Under the pieces are notes generated by a model. That model worked only from the letters and a program-made list of their open reading frames with translations. It had not been told where the DNA came from and ran no database searches. 64,000 nucleotides of DNA from an uncultured Nitrososphaeraceae archaeon (GTDB lineage: Archaea; Thermoproteota; Nitrososphaeria; Nitrososphaerales; Nitrososphaeraceae), in contig CAVZZA010000003.1 in the NCBI GenBank assembly GCA_963779615.1, positions 1 to 64,000 on the forward strand, given 5' to 3'. This document shows, one piece after another, positions 34,592 through 45,582 of this stretch. The position numbers and the translations under genes are program-made. Every line of letters begins with the position of its first letter. Within the stretch, counting starts at the first letter, position 1.

Positions 34592-35581
34592 TTGTCTGAC
34601 ACAATAGATCAAAAAAACACCATACTTAACTTATATAATTCCGGAATTGATCCAGAAACAATATCCATGGAATTGGACATTAATCAGGATATTGTTATGA
34701 AAGTGATAAAAAATGAAACTATTAGAGAACAAAAAAAACCAACAAACAACACATCAAATGTTCTTTTAAACAGAATATATCTTGATGCGATTGTTGACAT
34801 TGACGCCATAATAAAAGAGTCTCAGGTTAATACATGGAAGGCGCTAAAATCAAAACCTGAATTCAATACCTCTTTTAAGGATACACAAAAAATATTAGAA
34901 AACTATGGGGAATCCAAAATCAATCTTGTAATTTTACATGTTGATTTGGTAGGCTCAACCAGGATGTCCTTAAATTTACCTATTGACAGGCTAACGACAA
35001 TAATTAGATCGTTTGCTCAACAAATGTCTCTTGTGGTATCAATGTACGGGGGGTATGTCCTAAAGTATATCGGGGATGCAGTTTTGGCTTTTTTTGTGGC
35101 AGAAGATGTTCCTGAGAACAAACCTCAAGATACAGGAATTGATTCCAAAGCCAAGGGTAAGGATAACTCATATTCACTTCAATACAGCAATGCAATAAGT
35201 TGTGCATACACCATGATCAAAGTCATACAGGAGGGTATAAACCCCATACTAAATCAATATGACTATCCCGAACTAAAAACAAGAATAGGAATAGATTATG
35301 GCGAGATTGCGATAGTCCAGTATGGCTGGGATATTGACGAGTATGAGAATGTCGTATTAAAAAAACCCCACCTTGACCTGATAGGGTACACCATCAGCAT
35401 AGCGGTAAAAATGACCTCTCTCGTAGATCCGGATCACATAGTAATCGGTCAGAAATTATTTGACAAATTAGACATTACACAAAAAAACAACTTTAAGCAA
35501 TTACCCGCCAATCCAGATATTTGGGGCTATATGCATAAGACAACTGGCAAAGTATACGATATTTATGGTAACAAAAAATAA
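34592..35581 (+). CDS. Class III adenylate/guanylate cyclase-domain protein
   Basis: LHVDLVGST, KYIGDAVLA, RIGIDYG, DLIG. Confidence 0.92.
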   Translation: MSDTIDQKNTILNLYNSGIDPETISMELDINQDIVMKVIKNETIREQKKPTNNTSNVLLNRIYLDAIVDIDAIIKESQVNTWKALKSKPEFNTSFKDTQKILENYGESKINLVILHVDLVGSTRMSLNLPIDRLTTIIRSFAQQMSLVVSMYGGYVLKYIGDAVLAFFVAEDVPENKPQDTGIDSKAKGKDNSYSLQYSNAISCAYTMIKVIQEGINPILNQYDYPELKTRIGIDYGEIAIVQYGWDIDEYENVVLKKPHLDLIGYTISIAVKMTSLVDPDHIVIGQKLFDKLDITQKNNFKQLPANPDIWGYMHKTTGKVYDIYGNKK

Positions 35582-35802
35582 AATAATGTCATTCATCTTT
35601 ATAGAGACACTCTATTCAGTTGTTTTTGGTATTAATTATAGTCACAAAACAATATAAAGAAAACCACCTGGAAAGCGCATTGGATGTTCCTTATGATTGG
35701 GTCTACCACCCTTGACGACCCTTTATGTCAGCAAAAGGAATCTGACAACAAACTCAAATGCTATAGAGTCGGGATTGCGACTTTAACAGAAAAATGCAGA
35801 GG

Positions 35803-35946
35803 TTAACCTACACCACTTGGCCTTTTATGCTCCGAATGCTCTAATTTTATATGTTCTTCTTTTTCGTCCAAAGTATTGAATTTAATTCCACAATGCTCAC
35901 AGGTAAGGTTTGAGGATTTTGTTCCGGATGAAGACGCAGCAGACAT
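35803..35946 (-). CDS. 47-aa C2H2 zinc-finger microprotein
   Basis: MSAASSSGTKSSNLTCEHCGIKFNTLDEKEEHIKLEHSEHKRPSGVG*. Confidence 0.82.
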   Translation of the reverse strand: MSAASSSGTKSSNLTCEHCGIKFNTLDEKEEHIKLEHSEHKRPSGVG

Positions 35947-36322
35947 ACTTGTACACTCTATTACAATATGATCAAAGAATATAAAGAATTACAAAACTAC
36001 AAAACCATATAAGAATGATGACAATATTCCGGTCTCCCAAACATCAACATGGAAAACAAACAACATCAGATTATGAAAAGCCCCAACTCATAAATCTGCC
36101 AGTATGTTTTTTCATTAATAACGGCCCGGATTCAATAAATTACAAGGAGAAGAAAAGTCATAATCTATTTGAACAAGTAACAAAAGGTTTTGGGCTTTAA
36201 ATGCAAACAGGAATTTAACTCCTAGTTTTATTATTTTTATGTTAATTTTAGAAATGGATAATATGGTGATAATGCCCATTTTTTGTTAGTTTATAAAAAG
36301 GCGGAGGTATACGCCATTATAC

Positions 36323-37087
36323 ATGACAACGAAAACCGCGCTTTCATTTTTGGCAATTGTAGCAATCATGTCGGCCATAATGGCAATATTAAACGGATAC
36401 AGCATATCAATCATTTCCCTCATAAACGCTCAACCACCTTCCAATGATACGCAAAGCAGTGGGCAAAAACCACTTCCCGTTTTATTGATACATGGTTATG
36501 CAGAAGACTCTCAAATATGGAAAAAATGGGACGAATTGCTGAAAAAAGATGGCATTGCTGTCTACACAATGACCTTTAAGGAATCGGATGACAAGTGCGG
36601 ATCTTCAGCAGAGCACGCCAAAGAGCTAAACAAAAGGGTCAAGGCCATTCTGAACAGCACAGGGCAAAAGCAGTTAAATTTGGTCGGCCATAGCAAAGGA
36701 GGATTGGATGCAAGAGTATTTTTGGCAGATTCCAATGTAAAGGATGTTGCAAATCTGATCATGATTGGAACTCCAAACAACGGGTCTCCTGCCGCTGAGT
36801 TTAGCAGCATTTGTGAACCAGCTATAGACGATTTAAAGCCCGGAGCAAATTCAACCAAAGCAAAAATGAATCCAAACACCAAATATTACACCATTAGTGG
36901 AGATTGGACCCCCATAACCGAAGGAAATCCTTTGATTCCCGGGAAGGATGACGGTTTAGTTCCGGTAAATAGTGTAGAGTCAGAGAAATACTTTAAAAGT
37001 TTGGGTAGAACCGGGCATGCTCACGCTGATCTTTTGTCAGAGGATGAGTACAATATGTCAAAGGGAACACTAGCAGGGAAAAGGTGA
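36323..37087 (+). CDS. Secreted lipase-like alpha/beta hydrolase
   Basis: PVLLIHG, GHSKGG, GTPNNGS, DDGLVP, catalytic His near the C-terminus. Confidence 0.93.
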   Translation: MTTKTALSFLAIVAIMSAIMAILNGYSISIISLINAQPPSNDTQSSGQKPLPVLLIHGYAEDSQIWKKWDELLKKDGIAVYTMTFKESDDKCGSSAEHAKELNKRVKAILNSTGQKQLNLVGHSKGGLDARVFLADSNVKDVANLIMIGTPNNGSPAAEFSSICEPAIDDLKPGANSTKAKMNPNTKYYTISGDWTPITEGNPLIPGKDDGLVPVNSVESEKYFKSLGRTGHAHADLLSEDEYNMSKGTLAGKR

Positions 37088-37479
37088 TGCAGAGCATCAT
37101 TGCCGGCCTATTCAACTTTTCTAACTCGGCACTTTATGGTAAGATGACATATTAATATAGTTAGAGAAGGGAAAAGGGATCCATTTGTATTTTCAATCCA
37201 CCATTCTAAAAACAAACAAAAATAAGAAAGAAAACTTGTTCGGGTTAATTTATGATTTCAAGCAGGATAGTTCAACTAACATTGCATCTGCAGTTAATAA
37301 CATAAAAAAAATTAATGGAACCGCCTAATTTTTTTATTGCCTCATTGACATCACAATGTCAAGTCAAAAGATGAAAATGTATACGGCCAACTCAGGATAT
37401 GAACACATTGCCCTGAATAGGACAATTTGCAACGGTTATCCTTTTGCAGCGTTGTTTTCTTTTTGTTTGGTATCTCCGC

Positions 37480-39204
37480 TCACTTCCCTACAGTGACCAT
37501 GGCTGTCATCCATGGATGAATTGTGCAGTAATAGGGATATCCCCCTTCTTTTTCAAATTTATGCTTAAATGAACCATTACCCATTATAATTCCAGAATCA
37601 AATTCACCACTTGGCCCTGATTTTGCAAGCCCTGATGTTACGGTGTGAGGAATACTGTCATCATTGTTTGTCCATGTTACTTCGGTCCCTTGCTTTATCT
37701 TTGGGTTAGGGGGATCATAGAATATTTTGTTGCCAGGGTTAGCCGCACCCGAAACTATGGAAACCAAGTCATTTTTATTGTCGTTGCTGCCGCTGTTTAA
37801 AGTCATATTGGCGTCGGTGTTGTTTTTATCACTTGATTTTGTGGCTAAACTCTTATCCAGTGATAAAGACAGGTTTTCCCCGCCTTGTTGTATCTCTTTA
37901 GTTTCATTGTCTGTATTTTGCTCCTCCAGGGTGTCCCCGCCTTGAGAGTAATTCATCACTTGCGGTCTTTGCAACTTTTTTTGCAATTCATATTGCCAGT
38001 CAAACATGGACACGCTTTTGGTTAACGGCTTAGAACTGTTGTCAGATTGAGCAACAGACGATGATGTGGAATTTTCATTGTTTAATTGGGACTCTATCGG
38101 CGCTACCCCTTTTCCTGTTTCTTCTTCTTCTTCTTCGCCTCCCCCTGCAACAACTTGTATCTGACCCATATTGCCCCTTTCTTCCTGGATTCCATGGCTA
38201 TGGAACAAAAAGGTACCAGGATATTTCCACTTGGCCTCAATTATTGATGCGTCTCCGGGGGCTATGGGGACAGTCTGTGCATGAAAAGGGGGATTGTCCC
38301 ACAACCCTGACGGATAGGCGGAAAATGTGGTGCTGTGAAGATGGAAAGAGACGGGTATTGATGTACCGAGATTAATTACATACAATCGCATTAACTCGCC
38401 ATAATTAATTTGAAGGGGATTATGCATATACTGATCGGCATATCCATTTATGATATAATAATCGGCATCCAGCCCTAACTGATCCTCGAGGCTGTATTCA
38501 CCCATCACCATGACAAATTCTTTTGCGGGTGGCAATGGTTTGTCCTTTGGGTCTACGATTAGTGCACCGTACATGCCCATCCTTATATGCAAAGAGGTTG
38601 GCGGAGCATGGCAATGGTACATTAACGCGCCGGCAGGCTCACCCGTTATGTTATACAAATATGTTTGATTGGGCATTACTTGAGGAACCACACCATCATT
38701 CAAGTCATCATGATTACCGTGGAAATGTATTGTGTGAGGGATTGGAGATTTATTTATGTATTTAATGGTCACATTTTCACCTTCGGTCAACCTTATAGTA
38801 GGTCCGGGAACTGTTCCATTGTATGTCCAGACCTTAACCTTTTTTCCAGGGGCGATATCAATTTCTGCGTCCTCTGTAACAAGGGTTATCTGTCTATTTG
38901 GGACAGTTGCCTCCCTATCTGGCTTGGCATTGTTTTCTTTACCCGCGCTTGCACTAGACAAAAATGATCCATTGTCCTGTTTGAGGTTTGCTTGGCTGAC
39001 TGCTTGTGCAAACACGATATTATCATTATCATACACAACTATCTTTTCACCAGTGATTGAAAGAGACACAAATATTGCAAAAAGAGACAAAATCGGTAAA
39101 ATCAAACAATAACCTTTTTTTAATAACTTTAATCTGTTCACCAATAACCTGTTCATCAAGTTTGATTTGATATGCCCTGAAATACAATATAAATTTATAA
39201 GCAA
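37480..39204 (-). CDS. Two-domain multicopper oxidase fused to a C-terminal plastocyanin-like cupredoxin
   Basis: HTIHFH, YHCH..H..M (T1 site), FHLH, FHSH; C-terminal PHTVT...YYCTIHPWM. Confidence 0.93.
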   Translation of the reverse strand: MLINLYCISGHIKSNLMNRLLVNRLKLLKKGYCLILPILSLFAIFVSLSITGEKIVVYDNDNIVFAQAVSQANLKQDNGSFLSSASAGKENNAKPDREATVPNRQITLVTEDAEIDIAPGKKVKVWTYNGTVPGPTIRLTEGENVTIKYINKSPIPHTIHFHGNHDDLNDGVVPQVMPNQTYLYNITGEPAGALMYHCHAPPTSLHIRMGMYGALIVDPKDKPLPPAKEFVMVMGEYSLEDQLGLDADYYIINGYADQYMHNPLQINYGELMRLYVINLGTSIPVSFHLHSTTFSAYPSGLWDNPPFHAQTVPIAPGDASIIEAKWKYPGTFLFHSHGIQEERGNMGQIQVVAGGGEEEEEETGKGVAPIESQLNNENSTSSSVAQSDNSSKPLTKSVSMFDWQYELQKKLQRPQVMNYSQGGDTLEEQNTDNETKEIQQGGENLSLSLDKSLATKSSDKNNTDANMTLNSGSNDNKNDLVSIVSGAANPGNKIFYDPPNPKIKQGTEVTWTNNDDSIPHTVTSGLAKSGPSGEFDSGIIMGNGSFKHKFEKEGGYPYYCTIHPWMTAMVTVGK

Positions 39205-39424
39205 TTCAGTGCCAATATTCCCATTTTAAGGTTCAAAACAGGCATTTACAAACCATAATGAAAATAAATGAAAAGACCGGCATTGTAGTCCATCACCCAT
39301 CAAATGAACACGTCAATAAAAAATCAAGAACATAAAAAAAAGATAAACTTGATTGTCCCTTAATGTAATGCGTTGTCAATCGAATTGAGGTTACTTTTGT
39401 GCTCCTCAAACCGATTCCACGGGT

Positions 39425-40426
39425 TTATTCTGGTCTTTCTTTTGAATTGTAAACGATGTTATTAAATGCATCAATATTTGCAAAGGCGATATCACGCGCC
39501 ATCCGGTTTAAAGCAATAGCATTCTCTGTATAAATAATAGATATTCTTGAGCATATGCCAAGTAGCCTGCTAAGGTATGCTTGATTACCCCAAACTAGAT
39601 TAGTGTTTCCAAAATAGGGGACAAACATGGATTGAAAGGAATTCATAAACTGCTTTTGCAGAGCCCTATAATTATTTGCAATTTCCCGGTTTAATTGGAA
39701 CGACTGTTCCCTGGCTTCATCAATAGACTGCGAATGAGGTGGAGTTAACCCTGTTTTGCCTGTTTCTATTTGTGCATTGTCTCTATCTTCACCCAAATTT
39801 CTGTTTGGATGTTCCTGGTTTTTTTGATTATTAAAACTGCTTGACATTAATTCATTCTCCCCAGGCAATGTCGAGGGTGAAATTTGTGGTGGTTGTTGTT
39901 GAGGCGATAATGGTACCTCTTTAGACATAGTCGGCGAATGAACCTTAACTCTTAATTCGGATTCAACCTCTTTGTCTTTGTCTTCTACGGGCACCTCTAG
40001 TTCTGTTTGTACTTCTACATCTATTCCGCCTTCTGCAGGGACCATCGTTACTGCTGCGATAATAGCTTCCTCATTCTCTTTCACATCCACAGGATTAACG
40101 ATTATCTCATCTCCATCTAAAATTGAATCTTTTGATTGGTCTGAAGTGTCTTTGACATTTTTTGCTGTTTTTGAAATACCACCATCGTCAAGGGACAAAA
40201 CACTTCCCTTGTTTTCCCCGTTACCGCCTCGCTCAAGTCCATTGGTTTTAAAAGTATCATCCTTAATCCCCGTGGTATCACCTGCCTCTGTTGGCCCTTC
40301 CACAACGACCTCCTTTCCAGTATCTATTGCTTCTTTGACTACCTCGCCAATAGTCGGGGTCAATGATTTTCTTTTATTATCGTTTTGATTACCATCATTA
40401 GTATTTTGATTATAATTACCAGTCAT
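39425..40426 (-). CDS. Acidic, largely disordered hypothetical protein with helical C-terminus
   Basis: 333-aa ORF. Confidence 0.8.
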   Translation of the reverse strand: MTGNYNQNTNDGNQNDNKRKSLTPTIGEVVKEAIDTGKEVVVEGPTEAGDTTGIKDDTFKTNGLERGGNGENKGSVLSLDDGGISKTAKNVKDTSDQSKDSILDGDEIIVNPVDVKENEEAIIAAVTMVPAEGGIDVEVQTELEVPVEDKDKEVESELRVKVHSPTMSKEVPLSPQQQPPQISPSTLPGENELMSSSFNNQKNQEHPNRNLGEDRDNAQIETGKTGLTPPHSQSIDEAREQSFQLNREIANNYRALQKQFMNSFQSMFVPYFGNTNLVWGNQAYLSRLLGICSRISIIYTENAIALNRMARDIAFANIDAFNNIVYNSKERPE

Positions 40427-40771
40427 ATATTGATTAATAGCAATAAAGTATAATTAATACATATAGCAAAAGTACCGGTTTAGATTAACACACTGTTAAG
40501 CAAATCCCGAAATTGATGAACCAGAGGATTTACAGATAGAGATTTTTGTACACATGACAATGGGGGACATCCAAATTTTATTTTCCTTCAAATTACCAAA
40601 TCATCCATAGTTAGTGAAGTGTCGCTCTAAAGATGAATATATGCAGTTAAAAGATGTTGTGGGATTTACACCATGGCAAAACCAATAACAGGGGTAGCAG
40701 TATGCCTTATTTTTGTTAAATGCCATTATCAATATCGTTATATCGAATTAGTTTTTTAAAGATATCTTAAT

Positions 40772-40918
40772 GGATCTCTTGCATAATTAGGTGGATATCA
40801 AATTTTTACCGCAAATCTATATCTTTTTATAAAATTTACATTTTGTTTTGCGCAATATGTTTGATATTCTGTGGATTTTTAGAAATTTATTAACAGGTGC
40901 TGATTATGCAAGAGGTTC
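40772..40918. mobile_element. MITE (~147 bp) with the TIRs of the IS5-like element at 8919-9957
   Basis: GGATCTCTTGCATAATTAG ... CTGATTATGCAAGAGGTTC; non-coding AT-rich interior. Confidence 0.82.
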
Positions 40919-41117
40919 AATGTCTTATCACTTTTTACATTTGCAACATAAAAAAATTGCTTTTCGGATGATTTGCAAATGACCAAATTCAACAAAAAAA
41001 TGTTAAAAACAAAAAAAATTATAGGACATCAAATAAATCCTAAATTTGATAACAAACCAACAAAACCAAATTAGTGAAAAACATGGTATGAAGGTTCAGG
41101 AAAAGGAAATACCTTTG

Positions 41118-42080
41118 CTATTTGACTGGCGAGTAGACATGTATATCTGAGTCTATACCATCAGTCACATATACGTCCCCCAGTGAGTTTATGGCTATAG
41201 ACGAAGGGTCTTGGAATCTTTCTATGCTGTTTCCAGTATTACCAAATTGTGTTAGGTAGTTTCCATTTTTGTCAAATACCTGTACACGGTTGTTCTCGTT
41301 ATCAACCACATACAGGTTATCCCCAGAATCTATCGCGATCTCAATTGGGTTTTCAAACTGGCCATTCCCTGATCCAGGCGTTCCAATTTGCGTCAAATAT
41401 TTTCCGGTTTTATCGAATTTTTGTATCCTGTCGTTCCCTGAATCAGCTACAAAGATGTTTCCAGTGGAATCTAACGATACGTCAGTAGGATTGATAAATT
41501 GGCCATTCCCTGGTCCATAGGATCCAAACCTCATCAAAAAGTTTCCGTTTTTGTCGAATTTCTGAACATTATTGTTTTCGCCAAAGTCAGTAGCAAATAT
41601 GTTATCTTCTGGACCCACACCCAATCCTCCGGGGTTAATAAATTGCCCCGGACCCAAACCTACAGAGCCAAAAGTACGGACAAATGTGCCGTTTTTATCA
41701 AATTCTTTGATTGCATAGGCAGGGTTCCCAAAGTCAGCAATGAAAACATTATCTTTTGAATCTACTGCCATTCCTGTTGGATTGGAGAAATATTGAGGTC
41801 CGTTGCCAAATGTACCAAAGCCCAAAATAAAGGTACCAGTGGGTGAAAACTTTTGAATCATTCTCGTACTGTAACCTGTTAAATCTCCTACATACACATT
41901 ATTTTCAGAATCTATAGCTACACCACTGGTTTGTTTGAATTGTCCGTAGGCAATTCCTTTTTCTCCCCACATTGTCTTGTGTGCAAACTCTAAAGCATGA
42001 ACCGAAAGAGAGTTTGATATCGCTACTAAAAATGATAACACAATTACGATACCAAAGATAAAAAATGGTTTAACCTTCAT
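41118..42080 (-). CDS. Secreted NHL-repeat beta-propeller
   Basis: About six GQF.NP.G.AVDS.GN.YVAD..N.R.QKFD repeats. Confidence 0.95.
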   Translation of the reverse strand: MKVKPFFIFGIVIVLSFLVAISNSLSVHALEFAHKTMWGEKGIAYGQFKQTSGVAIDSENNVYVGDLTGYSTRMIQKFSPTGTFILGFGTFGNGPQYFSNPTGMAVDSKDNVFIADFGNPAYAIKEFDKNGTFVRTFGSVGLGPGQFINPGGLGVGPEDNIFATDFGENNNVQKFDKNGNFLMRFGSYGPGNGQFINPTDVSLDSTGNIFVADSGNDRIQKFDKTGKYLTQIGTPGSGNGQFENPIEIAIDSGDNLYVVDNENNRVQVFDKNGNYLTQFGNTGNSIERFQDPSSIAINSLGDVYVTDGIDSDIHVYSPVK

Positions 42081-42433
42081 AACATTTTATCAATATTATC
42101 ATTATTTAAATACTTTATCAATTTTTGATTTGTTCAGATGCGATGTTTTTCTCCCTTTAAAAACCAATAAAAAATTTGAACGATAGGTTACTTGCAATTT
42201 TTACAATCTTTTCGCCGTCAAGAAAGCAGTAGCCAGCACACACTTTTGGTTTAGTCTTTATGACATCTTAAAGAATTTACAAACTTATTATACTGCCATA
42301 CCCCTTTTGCACCAGGAAAAATGAGATGTTTGCATGTATTCTAATTGCTCGGGATAAAAAGGCATCCCCAACTATAAACTTCTGCCTTATGGACAAAGCT
42401 TTTTGTTTGATAAAAGGAAAGGGAATAAAAAAA

Positions 42434-43000
42434 TTAGGAGGTTCGGTAGGTCCCTAGCTCTCCTCGCTTAACATCAGAACTATTTACAATGATCCCATAG
42501 ATTTCATCATCCCCAAAATGATTCTTTATACTTTCAGGGTTCAACCAGATACTTATCACGCTATTGTTCATCACTTTTATGCTTGTAGGGACTTCATTAA
42601 CCGGGCCCTCCTTCAAATTTATAGTGGATGTTCCGTTATATTCAGTTGTATTACTATTTGTGTTTGATGAATCAGACAAAACAAAATTAGTTAGTGCATG
42701 GGTGTGTTTCATTGTTCCATCAGGTTTAATCATTTCAATCGCGGCATTAAACACGCCTGAAGAGTTATTGGTTTCGCCATTTGTCTGGTTATTTAGGTTA
42801 GATTTCCATGTTCCAAAAAGAAGCCATGTTGTATTACCTTGCTCGTCATCCTGCACCCCCAAAATGTGCCCCAAGACATAGTTTCCTTTGACAAGATCAG
42901 GCGGGACAGCCATAACGCTGCTAAAACTGTAGGCAAAAGACAAAAGAGTAGCCATCAAAAAAGCAGACAGTATAAAATCTTTGAGAATAGCCATTAACAA
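42434..43000 (-). CDS. Secreted hypothetical protein
   Basis: Signal peptide; beta-rich domain (MIKPDGTMKHTH, NHFG...IYG). Confidence 0.85.
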   Translation of the reverse strand: MLMAILKDFILSAFLMATLLSFAYSFSSVMAVPPDLVKGNYVLGHILGVQDDEQGNTTWLLFGTWKSNLNNQTNGETNNSSGVFNAAIEMIKPDGTMKHTHALTNFVLSDSSNTNSNTTEYNGTSTINLKEGPVNEVPTSIKVMNNSVISIWLNPESIKNHFGDDEIYGIIVNSSDVKRGELGTYRTS

Positions 43001-43737
43001 TTATACAGTTTTGCCACTATTATCTTTTTCTACATATCAGATTTCACCTTATTTGGTAACATTTGGCTCGGTTCATTATGGCTGCCCTCTTTTTCTAAAT
43101 GCCCAGATTTGATTCGTCGTCCCAAAGTCTATCTATCCTGATACTTTGTTGTGCCTTCAAGCCTTGTCTCTCTAAATATACCTTCAAGGATGTACATTTA
43201 CATCATTGGGCTGTGCAGGCAGTAGTATGCTCCATCAATATCTCCCCCCCTTTCTAGAATATTTTGATCGTGCTCTTTCGCACTTTAGGCATCTCTTCCT
43301 CCCACATTCATTCCGTTTAGTGCAGATTACCGTTGTTTTGCAAAGCCTTTCTGTACTCCAATACCCAAGGACAAGCACACTTTTGCTGCCACCTTATCGA
43401 GAACAGCAGAATAAACAGTTTCATGAATGCCACAGCCATGCAAATTTCCTTCTTAGGTTGTGTTTTTAGGTGAGGTAGGCTTCAACATTAACAACAGGTC
43501 GATTCATGAATACCTGTCTTTTCTTTTTTCCGTAAAAAGGAGTTATCTACATTTTGTCCTTTGGTTGTGGAAAGATTCAATTCATCCGTGAACGCAACAG
43601 GGCCGGGAGAATACTTTTCTTCCCTTTCACATCCCCCGATAGTGAAAGAATAAAAAAAAATCAGAATGTTTTTTCTTTAATATCATGGTCACTTGAAATT
43701 TTTTGCTTTTATTTGAGTTTTGCTGATATTAGTTGAC

Positions 43738-44133
43738 ATGGAATTACTCCGAATTTCAGCGGTAACATTATTGGTAAAAGATATGCATAAATCGTATTGT
43801 TTTTATTCCAAAGTTCCTGGTTTTCACATATCTTATTTTACCGACAAATTCATAACTTTTACACTAGATATGGACCATGACAGAAAAACCCATTTAAATC
43901 TGGAATTGAAAAAGCGTGGCGAATTCCAGAGTGCTGAAACAACAGATTTTGGAAGAATAATTTTTCACGTAGATAATGTGGATGCTTTACATTCTTATTT
44001 CAAAAGTGATGCAAACATGTTAAAACTAATTACCATAGAAAAGCAACCAGAAAACGCAGCATGGGGGGAAAGGTATTTCCATATACGGGATCCCGACGGA
44101 TATCAAATATCTTTTGCCGAACCAATAAAATGA
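43738..44133 (+). CDS. VOC/glyoxalase-family protein
   Basis: VTLLVKDM..S..FY, IIFHVDNVD, WGERYFHIRDPDG. Confidence 0.93.
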   Translation: MELLRISAVTLLVKDMHKSYCFYSKVPGFHISYFTDKFITFTLDMDHDRKTHLNLELKKRGEFQSAETTDFGRIIFHVDNVDALHSYFKSDANMLKLITIEKQPENAAWGERYFHIRDPDGYQISFAEPIK

Positions 44134-44497
44134 TTCAAGCCTTTGCCCTAATAGATGGATATCAGCATACCGGTTAAAGAAACAAACAGGCATTTTTTTT
44201 CCACAGAAATATATACATACCAATCTGATCGGTTCCACATCCATTCAAAGTTTTTTTTGTGGATTCTTCGGGTTGTTTTATAAAGCGGCTATCTTTAACT
44301 GCGCCTTTTTAATGGATCGCACAAAAAATTATTTCATGCAAGGTACAAGCCGAAAACCATTGACTGCGAACATTCTCAACTATCCCGTAACGATATAACG
44401 CTTCTTGAAATTGTCTCAAACAAACCAGTGTTAACAATCCTTGGTAGATAAATCAAGACTGATTGATATAGATTGGCAGTTATTTTGGTGAAATCTG

Positions 44498-44770
44498 GAT
44501 TGTTGCATGTTTCTCAAATTTCACGGATGCATCGTATTTCTCATCTAAAAAGTTACCGACTTGTTATGCAGTGGTACTTTCAGCCACTCTTTTGGCACAT
44601 TTTCAAACTTTGCCGAATAGGCATACTCTCCAAGCGTTCTCTTTATGGAAGAAAACACTGTTTCTGCCATTCCGTCTCTTTCCAGATCTTGGCAGTCTCT
44701 CCAATTTCCAAAATCATTTTTTTGCGACGACAAAACTGACAGGAGGGACCATAGTGAGGTCCTTCAAATT
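44498..44770 (-). mobile_element. 3' remnant of an archaeal IS5-family transposase
   Basis: MAETVFSSIKRTLGEY..S.KFEN..KE.LK..L.N; possible TIR GGATTGTTGCAT at ~44498. Confidence 0.75.
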
Positions 44771-44771
44771 G

Positions 44772-45225
44772 TTATTTTCTAACTTTCGTATCAACAATCC
44801 TTTGGTACAATTTGTCCATAAATTCGACCAGGATATCCTGCGTTTCTTGATCGTTTTTTCTCATGAAATAATACAACTCCTCTGTTGAAGCATGATAGTA
44901 ATTCAGCAAGAGTATTTTTAAGGTTAGAGTAAATATATTTGTCCTTGGATTCTCTTGTTTTAATTGCAAATGCGGTTCCGGACATTCTTCTTTTCATATG
45001 GATATTCTCCACCATCTCAATAAATGAATCATTAAGGGGAAGGTTTTCAAACAAGGTCTCTGAGAGCATGTCCGAGGCATCCTGTTCACTCACCTGCAGT
45101 TCCCTGGATAAAGTAAATAGTACATGGCAGGCAGCACACCCATTTTCCTTTATAATGAAAGGATTATTTTGTACATTTTGAATTTCTTTAGAAATGATTT
45201 GTTGCGCGGCTTCTTTTGTGTTCAT
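44772..45225 (-). pseudogene. Hypothetical protein with GCAACH motif, broken at ~44900
   Basis: The N-terminal frame (44791..45225) and C-terminal frame (YHASTEELYYFMRK...) overlap. Confidence 0.65.
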
Positions 45226-45582
45226 ACAATTGGCATTTCAATATAAGGCACAACAATATAAAAAATAGACCAACTATATTATAAGGAGGATAACACAAAA
45301 TTAACTCACTTTCCTACCGGAATCGAGTCGTTAAGATCCACATACCAAGGCTAATCAATACAAAAACCATATAATGTAAACCACCATTGCTGGAATAAAC
45401 TAAGCATAAAATCCAGTTAGGTTATGAAACCCTGTACAGTTAAAAGCGGCTTGTGTAATTGAGTCAAAAAATTTTGATTCTCAATCAGGTGAACTGTATT
45501 CCTCAAGAGAAAAGGGGCCCTTTCAATATCCCCGCTCCCCGCCCATAAACTAAAGTATCAAGAATAACAATCAAAACAATAA

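Noticed and set aside
43050-43540. Slightly GC-richer intergenic tract with protein-like fragments
   Set aside because: Probably a decayed gene, but no family was recognisable.
45510-45546. GC-rich TTCAATATCCCCGCTCCCCGCCCA resembling a tRNA 3' end or att site
   Set aside because: No cloverleaf or matching acceptor stem, no integrase, and no second copy.
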